Positions 29,035-39,377 of a DNA stretch of 64,000 nucleotides are shown in pieces. Positions within the stretch are counted from its first letter, which is position 1; each line of letters starts with the position of its first letter. Position numbers and translations under genes: made by a program. Under the pieces are notes generated by a model. The model was not told the DNA's origin and did not search any database. It saw nothing but the letters and a program-made list of their open reading frames with translations. Where the stretch lies: the IMG/VR virus record IMGVR_UViG_3300031963_000006, positions 1-64,000 of that record. One strand, written 5' to 3'.

Positions 29035-32000
29035 ATGGCGGGTCAGAATATTAATCAATACGTTTACCCAAATTTAAATCCGAAGTTAGCGTTAGAGAGT
29101 TATGATATGTCCTTAACCTCAGATGAGAAAGGATTTAATATGGAGGTGATATTTTCTCCGTATTTGATTGCTCAAACATATGGTAACAGACTTCCATTCT
29201 ATTTCGATATTAATAGTTCAATAACTAACCAAAAATTTACATTAAATTATAAAGAATATAACAGAAATAATATTTTTGTTTCTGAAAATTATTATAACAT
29301 AAATAATGAGGATTTAACTTGTTATTCGGCTCAGACATCTTGTGATATTGGGTTAACGGGTATCGACAATGGACTCGTTACGGGAATGACAGGATATTCG
29401 ATTACATTTACAAAGGGTTTATTCTCAGACGGATTAAAATTTGAGAGATTATATTTTGATAGGAGATTAAAGTTATTTCAAGTAACCGCCAATACCAACT
29501 CACCAAATATTAGATTTTCAGGATTTCCAAATACTGTTTTATATGAAGTTGTAAGTAAATACGGTCAAACCGAAGGATTATATCACGAATTATATGGTGG
29601 TTTTTATCAAGGTTTTTATCGTTTATTTGGGTATGATTATGATATTTTTCCTGAAAGAGTAAACAAGGGTTGGACAGTTGAATTATTATTAAGGCCAAGA
29701 TTAATAAGTGAATATTTTCCAGGACCAGGTGAAACTACATTAAATTTATTATATCCCGAAAATGCTAATACATTTTTCTATTTGGGAACAAGAGCTGAAA
29801 ATAAATTTTACCACCACGCTGACGGAACTCCAAATTGTTTTACAGGATATACTAGATTTACTTCACCATTGACGGGAATATCGACTTGTGCTTGTTGTAA
29901 CAGAACCGTAACAAATAGTAGGTGTATATATGTTTATCCACCACGTTCTAAAGACGGAGTTCATGATACTCATGTTAATTATGGATGTGATAAGTGCGGT
30001 TCGGATAAAATGGTACAGGCAACGTGTGGATGTGGTTGTGATAAAATAGCGTGTGCCACATGTGGGTGGGAATGTCAAATTCATGAATGCGCGGTTATTG
30101 TCGAAGTTACTCCAACTCCCACCCCAACACCAACCGCAACTTTAAGTAACTGTATATTACCTCCAGTTTGTACACCGACATGTAATTCATGTTCAAATTG
30201 TACTGATTGTGTTGATTGTGTTTATACAGGATTTTCGTCAATTGAAAATACTTGTGAGGTTGACCCAAAAATGGATGTGTTATCAAACAACATTTCATTT
30301 AGACTTTGTGGAGACCCTAAAAATCCGGGTATTGGAATAAGAGCAATTAAATTCACAGGTGGATGTGAAACAACGGGTTCTTGTGAAACTTCAGGAATTA
30401 CATACACCACAGGTTATACAGTACTAGATTATTGTACTCCGCCAATTTATGAATACTGTGAAAGTATTAATTATCCGTTCATTGAACAAGAACACTGGTT
30501 CCAACTCGATGCGGTTTGGGAAAGATATACATGGTTAGATACATGTGATTTATGGTATAGAGGTGGATTAGGAGATATTACAAAAAAAGTATATTTAGAA
30601 TCACTGGCAAATAATACAGTTTCTTTAATTGATACGTCATATACAAGGATGGACCCAAAGTCCACTTTGGAAATTGATATTGTAAGTTTAAACGAAAAGT
30701 GGTTACTCGAAGAAAATTTTAGAAAAGGTAGATTGAAAATCTATATTAACGGTAAACTGTTTTATACCATTGAGGATTTTGAAGAGATAATTCCTAGAGC
30801 CCTTAATACCGATAAGGAAAAACAGGTCGGAGTTCCGTTTAACGTATCATGGGGTGGTGGAACACAAGGATTGAGGGAAAATTTAACATTTAACCCTAAG
30901 CCCGCTTGTGACATTGTATTTGGTGTTGAGATTGGTTTGTTATTAATAGGGTTGATTAGTCCAGGTTCTATAAACGCACAATACACATTAACAACTGGTT
31001 TACCTTACAAGGACGAAATACAGGTGAATTTTAGAAATATCCTTAATAAAAAAGATGGTGGTCACTATGAAATTGATAGTAAAGTGATTATACCACCTTT
31101 TGGAATTTCCGGTGTTACATACGAAACATTAAATGAGAATTTTGATGATTTGGATGGAACCGGATATTATCTAAATGTTGAAGTATTTCCAAAAACAATT
31201 ATATCAAATTTTGAGGTGGATTCTAATATAATATTCCTATCACCAACCCCAACACCAACTCCACCAGTCACCCCAACAATAACACCATCGCAAACTGAAA
31301 CCCCTCAACCAACACCTACTCAGACCGAGACACCTCAACCAACACCTACAAATACCGAAACTCCTACACCAACACCAACCCCAACATTTACCCCAACTCC
31401 TGAACAAACAATAACTGATGCGATAATAACTAGTGAAATTGAATATATTTCAGTTGATGGATTATTCTATTTAAAATTTGTTGACCCCGAACAAGCAATA
31501 AACGATGCAATAATTGTTAATGGAAATGAATATATATCTGTTGGAGAAAACTTATATCTAAGTTTTGTTGACCCGATTATTACCACCCCAACACCTACTC
31601 CAACTAACACCAATACACCTACTCCAACTCCGACTTCTACTATAACTCAAACACCTACTCCTACACCTACAATATCGGTTATTTGTGATACATTTACATT
31701 TACAGGTAATAATGCCACTATAACTGTAAACAGTGCAATTAAAACATCAAACGGTGGATGGGATGGCTCTGCATACTCGGTAGAATCTTATACTTCTCCT
31801 GTATCAGTATCATTCCAAGTTTCAAGTAGTAATTTATATTTGATGGGAGGATTTTCATATAATCCAAACGCAAATCCTGGTGACACATATGTGGACATTT
31901 CTTATGGACTTTATATCCAACCTAACTTCTTGGAAATATATGAAAATGGAACTCAGGTTACAGTTCCAGGTGAGATGACAAATACAACGTCAGATGTGTG

Positions 32001-32493
32001 GAAAGTAGATTATAATGGAACGGATGTGAAATATTATAAAAACGGCGGTTTAATTTATACATCATCTAATGCGGTCACACAACCATTACATATTTATTTC
32101 CCTCTTTTAACTTTTAATGAAGGTGTTACTAATGTTTGTGTTATTGGGGACCCATTACCGTCACCTACACCAACACAGACTAACACTCAAACTCAAACTC
32201 CAACTACAACAATAACACCAACCCCAACAAAAACACCAAATTGTGTTCGTCAAATAGTTGTTCCGACATTATGGAATGGAGCAACTAGTATAAACAGCAA
32301 TACACTTCAACTAACTCAGACTTCAGAAACTTTACAAATACAAGTGAATGATGTTATAACAGATAATATTGGGGCGACAAGTTTTGTTGGAATTGTATCT
32401 TCAGACGGAACTTATACATACGTATTTACAGGACCTGGTGGTGGGGTCGCATTTGATTGTGATTTCCCATTAACATTTTCAGGAACTTGTTAA
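29035..32493 (+). CDS. large modular virion protein: incomplete LamG/ConA-like domain with Cys-rich insert, Thr/Pro linkers, C-terminal beta domains
   Basis: GWTVELLLRP, WFQLDAVW and LKIYINGKL are LamG-like strands. Many CxxC clusters at about 29880-30460; TPTP tracts at about 31240-31410, 31580-31675 and 32155-32240. Confidence 0.75.
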   Translation: MAGQNINQYVYPNLNPKLALESYDMSLTSDEKGFNMEVIFSPYLIAQTYGNRLPFYFDINSSITNQKFTLNYKEYNRNNIFVSENYYNINNEDLTCYSAQTSCDIGLTGIDNGLVTGMTGYSITFTKGLFSDGLKFERLYFDRRLKLFQVTANTNSPNIRFSGFPNTVLYEVVSKYGQTEGLYHELYGGFYQGFYRLFGYDYDIFPERVNKGWTVELLLRPRLISEYFPGPGETTLNLLYPENANTFFYLGTRAENKFYHHADGTPNCFTGYTRFTSPLTGISTCACCNRTVTNSRCIYVYPPRSKDGVHDTHVNYGCDKCGSDKMVQATCGCGCDKIACATCGWECQIHECAVIVEVTPTPTPTPTATLSNCILPPVCTPTCNSCSNCTDCVDCVYTGFSSIENTCEVDPKMDVLSNNISFRLCGDPKNPGIGIRAIKFTGGCETTGSCETSGITYTTGYTVLDYCTPPIYEYCESINYPFIEQEHWFQLDAVWERYTWLDTCDLWYRGGLGDITKKVYLESLANNTVSLIDTSYTRMDPKSTLEIDIVSLNEKWLLEENFRKGRLKIYINGKLFYTIEDFEEIIPRALNTDKEKQVGVPFNVSWGGGTQGLRENLTFNPKPACDIVFGVEIGLLLIGLISPGSINAQYTLTTGLPYKDEIQVNFRNILNKKDGGHYEIDSKVIIPPFGISGVTYETLNENFDDLDGTGYYLNVEVFPKTIISNFEVDSNIIFLSPTPTPTPPVTPTITPSQTETPQPTPTQTETPQPTPTNTETPTPTPTPTFTPTPEQTITDAIITSEIEYISVDGLFYLKFVDPEQAINDAIIVNGNEYISVGENLYLSFVDPIITTPTPTPTNTNTPTPTPTSTITQTPTPTPTISVICDTFTFTGNNATITVNSAIKTSNGGWDGSAYSVESYTSPVSVSFQVSSSNLYLMGGFSYNPNANPGDTYVDISYGLYIQPNFLEIYENGTQVTVPGEMTNTTSDVWKVDYNGTDVKYYKNGGLIYTSSNAVTQPLHIYFPLLTFNEGVTNVCVIGDPLPSPTPTQTNTQTQTPTTTITPTPTKTPNCVRQIVVPTLWNGATSINSNTLQLTQTSETLQIQVNDVITDNIGATSFVGIVSSDGTYTYVFTGPGGGVAFDCDFPLTFSGTC

Positions 32494-32512
32494 AACAACA
32501 TAATAAACTAAT

Positions 32513-32521
32513 GATATTTAT
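32513..32521 (+). promoter_or_regulatory. GATATTTAT motif upstream of 32534
   Basis: GATATTTAT ends 12 nt before the ATG. Confidence 0.45.
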
Positions 32522-32533
32522 AAAATAAAAAAC

Positions 32534-35080
32534 ATGTCACTAACAGGAAAAACCATAGGTCAATTAACCTTATTAGGAACTCCAACTGCGGATACTTTAA
32601 TTCCGGTTGAATATAATGATGCAACGTATCATATTGAGTTCTCATCAATAACTTCTAATTCAACAGTTGAGGTAACTTACTCTGAACTTGTTGATAAAAT
32701 TACTGGTGAGACATTAAACACGGGAAGTTATTATATTATAACCGACTTTAGAACTTGTTATGACCAGCCAGATTATAATAATGTAAAAGACCCAATTACT
32801 ACGGGAATATATAAAAGTGCCGATACCGTATCGCCTATTGTTGTGTTTGCAACATCTGCAAATACAATATCTATAGATGCGTTCCAACCTGAGTTTCCTT
32901 TTGATAAAATAAAATACGATTATAGTTTTAACGCAACTGAGCATACTGCAGGACCTGCATTTGGTAGAATTACAGAAAGAATTGATAATTTTAATAATAG
33001 AACGGACTATGACCACAGAACTATATTATTTAAGAGATATCGTGGATATTCATATAATGAAAACAGTCCACTGGCAGGACTTGTCGGTATAAGTGGTATA
33101 ACAGGAACCACAGGAATATTATATGGTAATACAGGTACAACATTTAACTCAAACTTATTTGTAGGAGATTATATTGCGGTAAGAAATTTAAATCCTTATC
33201 TTTTCGAGATTATTTCAGTTGAGGGTGATTCTCTTGCCACAATATCAGGCGTTACTATAAGTGAAACAACCGATTCTCCTTACTATACCGCATTCGATGA
33301 TGGTATAATGAGTTATTATCAACCAAATGTAAGAGCAAATGAAGTTTTTGAATATACAACATTTGGAGATGCATTGGTGGATAGTTCTGTAGTAAATAAC
33401 TATATCGGTGACCAAGCCAATCTATATTTAGAAGATGGTACTGGGGAGTTTTTATTAGCAAATAATGTGTTTATAAGTGGTTCATTCCTTAATAACAGAA
33501 TTGGAAATGGTTCTTATAATAACACATTTAATGATGACTGTGACAGTAATCAAATTGGAGACAGATTTTATAATAACTCAACAAATGATGATTTTGATGG
33601 TAATATAATCGGAGATTTTTTCAGTAACAATTATATCACGGCTAATTTTAACAATAATAGAATTGGTAGTGATTTTGATTTTAATATTTTAATCGGAGGG
33701 TCTTTTTACCGAAACAATATTGGAAATGACTTTGCTAGTAATGTTTGGACTAATGGTGATTTCCAAAATAATGAGATAGGAAACCAATTTAATGATAATA
33801 ATATCTATGATGATTTTTATAATAATGATATTGGTAATGGATATAATAATAATGAAAGTTATTCAGAATTTTATCGTAATTTAATTGGGAACGGATATAA
33901 TAGTAACACCGTATATTCAGATTTCTATGAAAATAATATTGGACACGTTTTTGTAGATAATACCATTGGAACCAATTTAACTATTGGGACATACGATTTT
34001 TACAGAAACATAATTGGTAGTGGATTTAACAATAACGAAATTACAAATGATTTCTATGAAAATGAAATTGGTTATGGTTTTAATGATAACACAATTAGGT
34101 CATCATTTAGTTACAATGACATTTTAAATAATTTTTATGAGAACACTATATATTCGGTTTTTGAAAAAAATAAAATAATGAATGATTTCAATACTTGTAC
34201 TATAGGTAACTCTGAGGATATCGGGGATAATGACTTCATAAGTAACGATATAATGAATAATTTTAAAGGTAACGATATTCTAAATGATTTTGAGAATAAC
34301 ACAATTAAGACCGATTTTAAGGGAAACGAGATTTTTGCGGATTTTAGCAATAATAACGTTGGATTTGCATGTGCGGTTAACGTTTTTAGTGGAGATGTGA
34401 CAAATAATATTTTTGGTGATTTTTTCACTCTGAATACTTGTGAAGGACAGTTTAGATACAACACTATTGGAATTGGTTTTTTTAGTAATGACATAGGTGA
34501 TAGTTTTGGAGTAGGAGGAGGAAACTATAGAGGTAATAGAATTGGAAATAATTTTAGTAATAATACTATTGGTGAATATTTTTACAGTAACATAATTGAA
34601 GAAAATTTTGAGAATAATACGGTAGGTTACTATTTTCAGTCCAATGATATAAAAGTTAATTATTTAAATAATATTGATTTTACAACACTTCAAGGAAACG
34701 TATTGACAATTTCTAACACAACTCCAAGCGGGGCAACAGATTCAACTTTTTCTGTAACGCAAACGACTACAACAGGTCACGGAATAGGTGCGGAATTCGA
34801 GGTAATTGTTTCGGGTAATATTGTAACTACTGTAACAATATTGTCTGCAGGAACTGAATATTTAATTGGTGACCAAATTACTGTAAGTGCGGTTCAGTTC
34901 GACGGAGCAGAGGATTTAGTAATAACAGTCGATTCTGTTTCAGATGAACCGCTTGTGTATACAACAGCAAATTGTACAATTCAAACTTCAAGAGACGGAT
35001 TTAATTTAATTACAACTTTAGACTGGAATACAGTTTCTTGGTATATTTCAGATGCAATAAACGGACCATATAATCCATAA
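32534..35080 (+). CDS. Asn-rich right-handed beta-helix protein (tailspike/fibre-like)
   Basis: Many imperfect F..N.IG..F..N repeats at about 33450-34680; N-terminal anchor-like KTIGQLTLL motif; C-terminal G.GAEFEV...TILSAGTEY..GD module. Confidence 0.75.
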   Translation: MSLTGKTIGQLTLLGTPTADTLIPVEYNDATYHIEFSSITSNSTVEVTYSELVDKITGETLNTGSYYIITDFRTCYDQPDYNNVKDPITTGIYKSADTVSPIVVFATSANTISIDAFQPEFPFDKIKYDYSFNATEHTAGPAFGRITERIDNFNNRTDYDHRTILFKRYRGYSYNENSPLAGLVGISGITGTTGILYGNTGTTFNSNLFVGDYIAVRNLNPYLFEIISVEGDSLATISGVTISETTDSPYYTAFDDGIMSYYQPNVRANEVFEYTTFGDALVDSSVVNNYIGDQANLYLEDGTGEFLLANNVFISGSFLNNRIGNGSYNNTFNDDCDSNQIGDRFYNNSTNDDFDGNIIGDFFSNNYITANFNNNRIGSDFDFNILIGGSFYRNNIGNDFASNVWTNGDFQNNEIGNQFNDNNIYDDFYNNDIGNGYNNNESYSEFYRNLIGNGYNSNTVYSDFYENNIGHVFVDNTIGTNLTIGTYDFYRNIIGSGFNNNEITNDFYENEIGYGFNDNTIRSSFSYNDILNNFYENTIYSVFEKNKIMNDFNTCTIGNSEDIGDNDFISNDIMNNFKGNDILNDFENNTIKTDFKGNEIFADFSNNNVGFACAVNVFSGDVTNNIFGDFFTLNTCEGQFRYNTIGIGFFSNDIGDSFGVGGGNYRGNRIGNNFSNNTIGEYFYSNIIEENFENNTVGYYFQSNDIKVNYLNNIDFTTLQGNVLTISNTTPSGATDSTFSVTQTTTTGHGIGAEFEVIVSGNIVTTVTILSAGTEYLIGDQITVSAVQFDGAEDLVITVDSVSDEPLVYTTANCTIQTSRDGFNLITTLDWNTVSWYISDAINGPYNP

Positions 35081-35084
35081 TAAT

Positions 35085-35333
35085 ATGAGAATTAATATTT
35101 TAACAGAAAATGATAAAGTAGAACAAGTAAGAGAAGCTTGGGTTACTAAAAACGTAATGAAAATTCCAGTATCTCCAACAGGAGAAGAACCAGCAACACA
35201 TTGGTTTTGTTCAATGGCTGGAGAGGAATCCAAAATGATGGAGATTTACAATAAAAAGAATTTATCTATAATGGAATTAGAAATAGGTCCAAAAGAGTTT
35301 CTTAACAAATGGGGTCTGAAGATTATAAAATAA
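35085..35333 (+). CDS. small hypothetical protein, 82 aa
   Basis: Starts 4 nt after the beta-helix gene stop. Confidence 0.65.
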   Translation: MRINILTENDKVEQVREAWVTKNVMKIPVSPTGEEPATHWFCSMAGEESKMMEIYNKKNLSIMELEIGPKEFLNKWGLKIIK

Positions 35334-35938
35334 TTAAAAATTTTATAAGTCATAAAGAAGTTAATGACATATTAAAATGGATTGATACTTTAAATAATCA
35401 AGAATTTAAAGCAAATCACCATTTAGCAGAACTTTCAAAAACCCTTAATGGTAATTCATATATTTTTGATATCTCTCAAACAGAATATACAAATTATATA
35501 ACAAATTTTCAGTCGGTGGGTGAGGTCAAAAAAGACCCCGTCCCAGACTTTATTATTAATATAATAGATAGAATTTCTGAAACAATTAACTTACCAAAAG
35601 AACATATGTTCTTACAGGCGGTTGATATGAATAAGGGTGGAAAAATTGACCCACATTATGACGCATCAATACAAGGGTATATCAATTACAAATGTAATGT
35701 TAGTGTTTTATCTGAAGATTATAATCTATATGTTGATAAAACATATGTCCCTGTTGAGCAGAGAGACCTTTATTGTTTTGAGGCATCTCTTTATAAACAT
35801 TGGACAAATGAATTTAACTCAAGGAGAGTTTTTTTAAGTTTTGGTTTTATTGTCCCATATAATGTCACGGGTCGAAATGAAAATGACCCAAGAGTTAGAT
35901 TAAGTCAAAGAATACAAAAGTATTTCCAACAACTTTAA
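35309..35938 (+). CDS. 2OG-Fe(II) dioxygenase (prolyl-hydroxylase-like fold)
   Basis: GGKIDPHYD (HxD), CNVSV, distal YKHW, and RRVFLSFG (2OG-binding R-x-S type). Confidence 0.8.
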   Translation: MGSEDYKIIKNFISHKEVNDILKWIDTLNNQEFKANHHLAELSKTLNGNSYIFDISQTEYTNYITNFQSVGEVKKDPVPDFIINIIDRISETINLPKEHMFLQAVDMNKGGKIDPHYDASIQGYINYKCNVSVLSEDYNLYVDKTYVPVEQRDLYCFEASLYKHWTNEFNSRRVFLSFGFIVPYNVTGRNENDPRVRLSQRIQKYFQQL

Positions 35939-35945
35939 TATTTAT
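35939..35945 (+). promoter_or_regulatory. TATTTAT motif upstream of 35962/36079
   Basis: Lies immediately after the oxygenase stop codon. Confidence 0.35.
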
Positions 35946-36078
35946 ACAATAAAGTTGTTTGATGAAAGATTTGACCTTTAAAAGTCCGTTCAATTATAAA
36001 AAAAATTCTATATTTTTTAACAATAAACGAAATCTCGAATTTACAAAAAATTCGTTAATAAATAATTCGTAAAATTGG

Positions 36079-39000
36079 ATGGCCGTTAAAGTTAAAATAG
36101 GTAGTAATAATTATAGTGGTCAAACCGCAAATATAGTATTTTATCCTGAAACGGGTGGTACTATAAATGTAGGTCAACAAATTATACCATATGATTATGT
36201 AACAGATTATTATTTTGGTACATATGAACTTATCTTTAATGCCGACCAATATACATGTAACTTTACAATATCATCCTCTAATCCATTTCCTGTTTACATA
36301 GAACCAACACCTGGTCCTAAAACGTACATATTGGATGGTACCTACAAACAGGACCCTGAAAATTTACCAACCAATGATTTAACTGGCACGTCATTTAATG
36401 GATTAGAAACAAATATACTTTTAGAAAAATATTTTGCAGGAACTTTTGATGGGGGAATATCTCAATTCAGAATGTACGTTGAGCCGTTATCGGCCCCAGA
36501 AGTGAAACATAATTTCAAGTTACTGAAGGACAGGTTTAACATGTTTAATCCTGATTGTCCTGATTGTTTGTTACCTGAATGTGAAATTACAGGGATTACT
36601 TATCAGTTGGCAACACCTGAACCTACAAGTACAAGGACTCCGACTCCAACAAATACCAAAACTCCAAGACCAACTCAAAATCCGACAAGTACACCAACCA
36701 ATACAAATAATCCAACTCAAACACCGGCCAGCACGTCATGTCCGATTGATACACCTAATGTAACCCCAACAAATACAAAAACACCAACCGTAACCAAAAC
36801 TAACATACCAACAAAAACACCTACAGTTACTCAGACAAAAACACCTGACATTACTCAAACACCAACTAAAACATCAACTCCGACTAAAACACAAACAAGA
36901 ACTAATACCTCTACCCCAACACCAACAAATATTGGTACAACAATTTATTCATCACAAACAAATTGTGATTTAACAAACAATATTACAATTGACGGCCCTT
37001 CGATTTATTATTATGAAATAGACTTAGGAAGTGATGTTGGTTTTGTTAATCTAACGTTTAATGCAACTAATATCCCTGATAGATTTAGAGTCGAATGGGA
37101 TGGTAATGTGGTTATAGATACAGGATTTAGAGGAAATCCATTATATAACACTCAATTAAATAATTTGGGTTATCCTAGTGTGTCAGGGGTTGGTAGCGGT
37201 TTTATAACATTTAATAAAACAGCACCTTCACCAACTACTGTGGTATTAATAGTCGAGTCACCGATTCAAGGGGCAATATATAGTTTTAATTTATCATGTC
37301 CTACACCTTATGTTACAACAACTCCAACAAATACTCCGACAAAAACTGAAACTCCGACTAATACTCCGACAAAAACTGAAACAAAAACTCCTACAGTTAC
37401 TAAAACTGAAACACCAACCCCTACCATTACTAAAACAGAAACCCCAACTGTTACTAAAACACCAACTGTTACTAAAACAGAAACAAGAACTCAAACCCCA
37501 ACGAAAACAGAAACACCAACGGTTACTAAGACACCAACCGTTACTAAGACGGAAACCAAAACACAAACTCCTACAAAGACACAGACGCCAACTTACACCT
37601 CAACCCCAACATCAACATATTATTCTCCAGTGAACTTATTCTTCAGCGGTTGTTGTAATCCATATTATATTTATAGAATTTTCAATGTGCCACTTGTTGT
37701 TTCTGAAACGATAGTTGACGGACAAACATATCTAATTCAAGGTGTCGGATTCTCAGGTTGTGGAACGTATTTCGAATCATTATCATCGGCCGACTTCTCA
37801 TATTCTTATATTAGTTTCTCATCAGAAACTGATTGTGAAACTTGTACAATTGGAAGTCCATGTCCTACTCCAACTCCTACCGTCACCTCAAGTAAAACTC
37901 CAACTAAAACCCCAACCACGACAAAAACACCAACACAAACTCCAACTCCAACAAAAACGGAAACTCCGACTCCGACACAAACAAAAACACCTACTAAGAC
38001 AAATACCAAAACTCCAACAGAAACACCAACTAATACTCCAACAAATACAAATACACCGACTGAAACAGTCACACCTACAGTCACTAAAACTCCAACTAAA
38101 ACAAGTACATCTACACCTACGGTCACTAAAACACAAACTCCAACAAAAACTGGAACACCAACAAATACAAAAACTCCAACTTCAACCAAAACTAATACCC
38201 CTACTAACACACCAACAAAAACTAGTACTAAAACACCAACTTCAACTCAAACTAACACCCCAACAGTTACTCAGACACCAACCACAACACCTACAAACAG
38301 TATCACACCTTCAGTAACTAAAACTAACACACCAACAAGAAGTGTTACCCCAACAGTTACTAAAACAAATACTCCTACACAGACTTATCCTAGTGGACCT
38401 GTGGTTAGTGAATGTTCTGTATTATATAATGACAGTACCCTTGTTTATTCGTACACACCACAAACTAATACAAGTGTGTTACTTCCCGTTACGGGGGCTC
38501 AAAGTGGTAATGATATTGCCCACACTACTTCAAAATTATGGATTAATCCTTCAACAAGTCAAACCATAGATGAATGGAATATATCTTTAAATCCGTTTAT
38601 TGCGGTTTATAATCAATCGATTGTATTACCTCACCCTATTGGTAATGGTTTGGCAGCGATTGATAACACAAGATTAATTTCAAGCAACATATCGGTAAAT
38701 CCTAATACAATTGTTGAATTATTAATTGTTGGAGGAAACTTTGTGTCAACACCTAAAATTACACTTCCTGATGGTAGAATCGTCTCAGGTGATTTATTAT
38801 TAACTACAAATAATAAGTTACTTGTAACAACAACTAATGGTGTAAATACCTTCTTGACTCAATATAATTATGACAACGGACAACCTGAAGTTGAAATTAC
38901 TCTAATAATTCCATTACCATGGGGTATGTTTAGTGATAATGGTAATTTATACATAATGAATGGTCAAACTCCTGGTGGAGTTTATAGGATTAACTTAGAT

Positions 39001-39372
39001 TTCCCATATAATCAAACATTTATTATTAATGCCGGAAGACGGATATCTGGAGCGTCCCAACTACCACAATGTGTTGATGTTAACATCAATCCATCCGGTC
39101 AAACATCTACACAAACCCCAACACCAACTGTTACCCCAACTATAACACCAACGTTGACTGTATACCCCCAACCTTTTGCAATATTCATAGAATGTTGTGA
39201 ACCATTTAGAAAGATAAGGGTATTCAATGTTCCCGCATTAGTATTAGCCGGACTAATATCTGACAATGTATACTATGTTGAAGCTATTGGTTTCTCAGGA
39301 TGTGCGACATATTCGCCATTCTTGACAACTTATGACTTCACTTATGAATATTTAAATATAACAACTCCATAA
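36079..39372 (+). CDS. modular Thr/Pro-repeat virion protein (LamG C-terminal strands, beta-sandwich, propeller-like domain, two CC...C modules)
   Basis: AGTFDGGISQFRMYVEPL; DTGFRG module; long TPTKT tracts; CCNPY and CCEPF modules. Confidence 0.8.
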   Translation: MAVKVKIGSNNYSGQTANIVFYPETGGTINVGQQIIPYDYVTDYYFGTYELIFNADQYTCNFTISSSNPFPVYIEPTPGPKTYILDGTYKQDPENLPTNDLTGTSFNGLETNILLEKYFAGTFDGGISQFRMYVEPLSAPEVKHNFKLLKDRFNMFNPDCPDCLLPECEITGITYQLATPEPTSTRTPTPTNTKTPRPTQNPTSTPTNTNNPTQTPASTSCPIDTPNVTPTNTKTPTVTKTNIPTKTPTVTQTKTPDITQTPTKTSTPTKTQTRTNTSTPTPTNIGTTIYSSQTNCDLTNNITIDGPSIYYYEIDLGSDVGFVNLTFNATNIPDRFRVEWDGNVVIDTGFRGNPLYNTQLNNLGYPSVSGVGSGFITFNKTAPSPTTVVLIVESPIQGAIYSFNLSCPTPYVTTTPTNTPTKTETPTNTPTKTETKTPTVTKTETPTPTITKTETPTVTKTPTVTKTETRTQTPTKTETPTVTKTPTVTKTETKTQTPTKTQTPTYTSTPTSTYYSPVNLFFSGCCNPYYIYRIFNVPLVVSETIVDGQTYLIQGVGFSGCGTYFESLSSADFSYSYISFSSETDCETCTIGSPCPTPTPTVTSSKTPTKTPTTTKTPTQTPTPTKTETPTPTQTKTPTKTNTKTPTETPTNTPTNTNTPTETVTPTVTKTPTKTSTSTPTVTKTQTPTKTGTPTNTKTPTSTKTNTPTNTPTKTSTKTPTSTQTNTPTVTQTPTTTPTNSITPSVTKTNTPTRSVTPTVTKTNTPTQTYPSGPVVSECSVLYNDSTLVYSYTPQTNTSVLLPVTGAQSGNDIAHTTSKLWINPSTSQTIDEWNISLNPFIAVYNQSIVLPHPIGNGLAAIDNTRLISSNISVNPNTIVELLIVGGNFVSTPKITLPDGRIVSGDLLLTTNNKLLVTTTNGVNTFLTQYNYDNGQPEVEITLIIPLPWGMFSDNGNLYIMNGQTPGGVYRINLDFPYNQTFIINAGRRISGASQLPQCVDVNINPSGQTSTQTPTPTVTPTITPTLTVYPQPFAIFIECCEPFRKIRVFNVPALVLAGLISDNVYYVEAIGFSGCATYSPFLTTYDFTYEYLNITTP

Positions 39373-39377
39373 TATTA

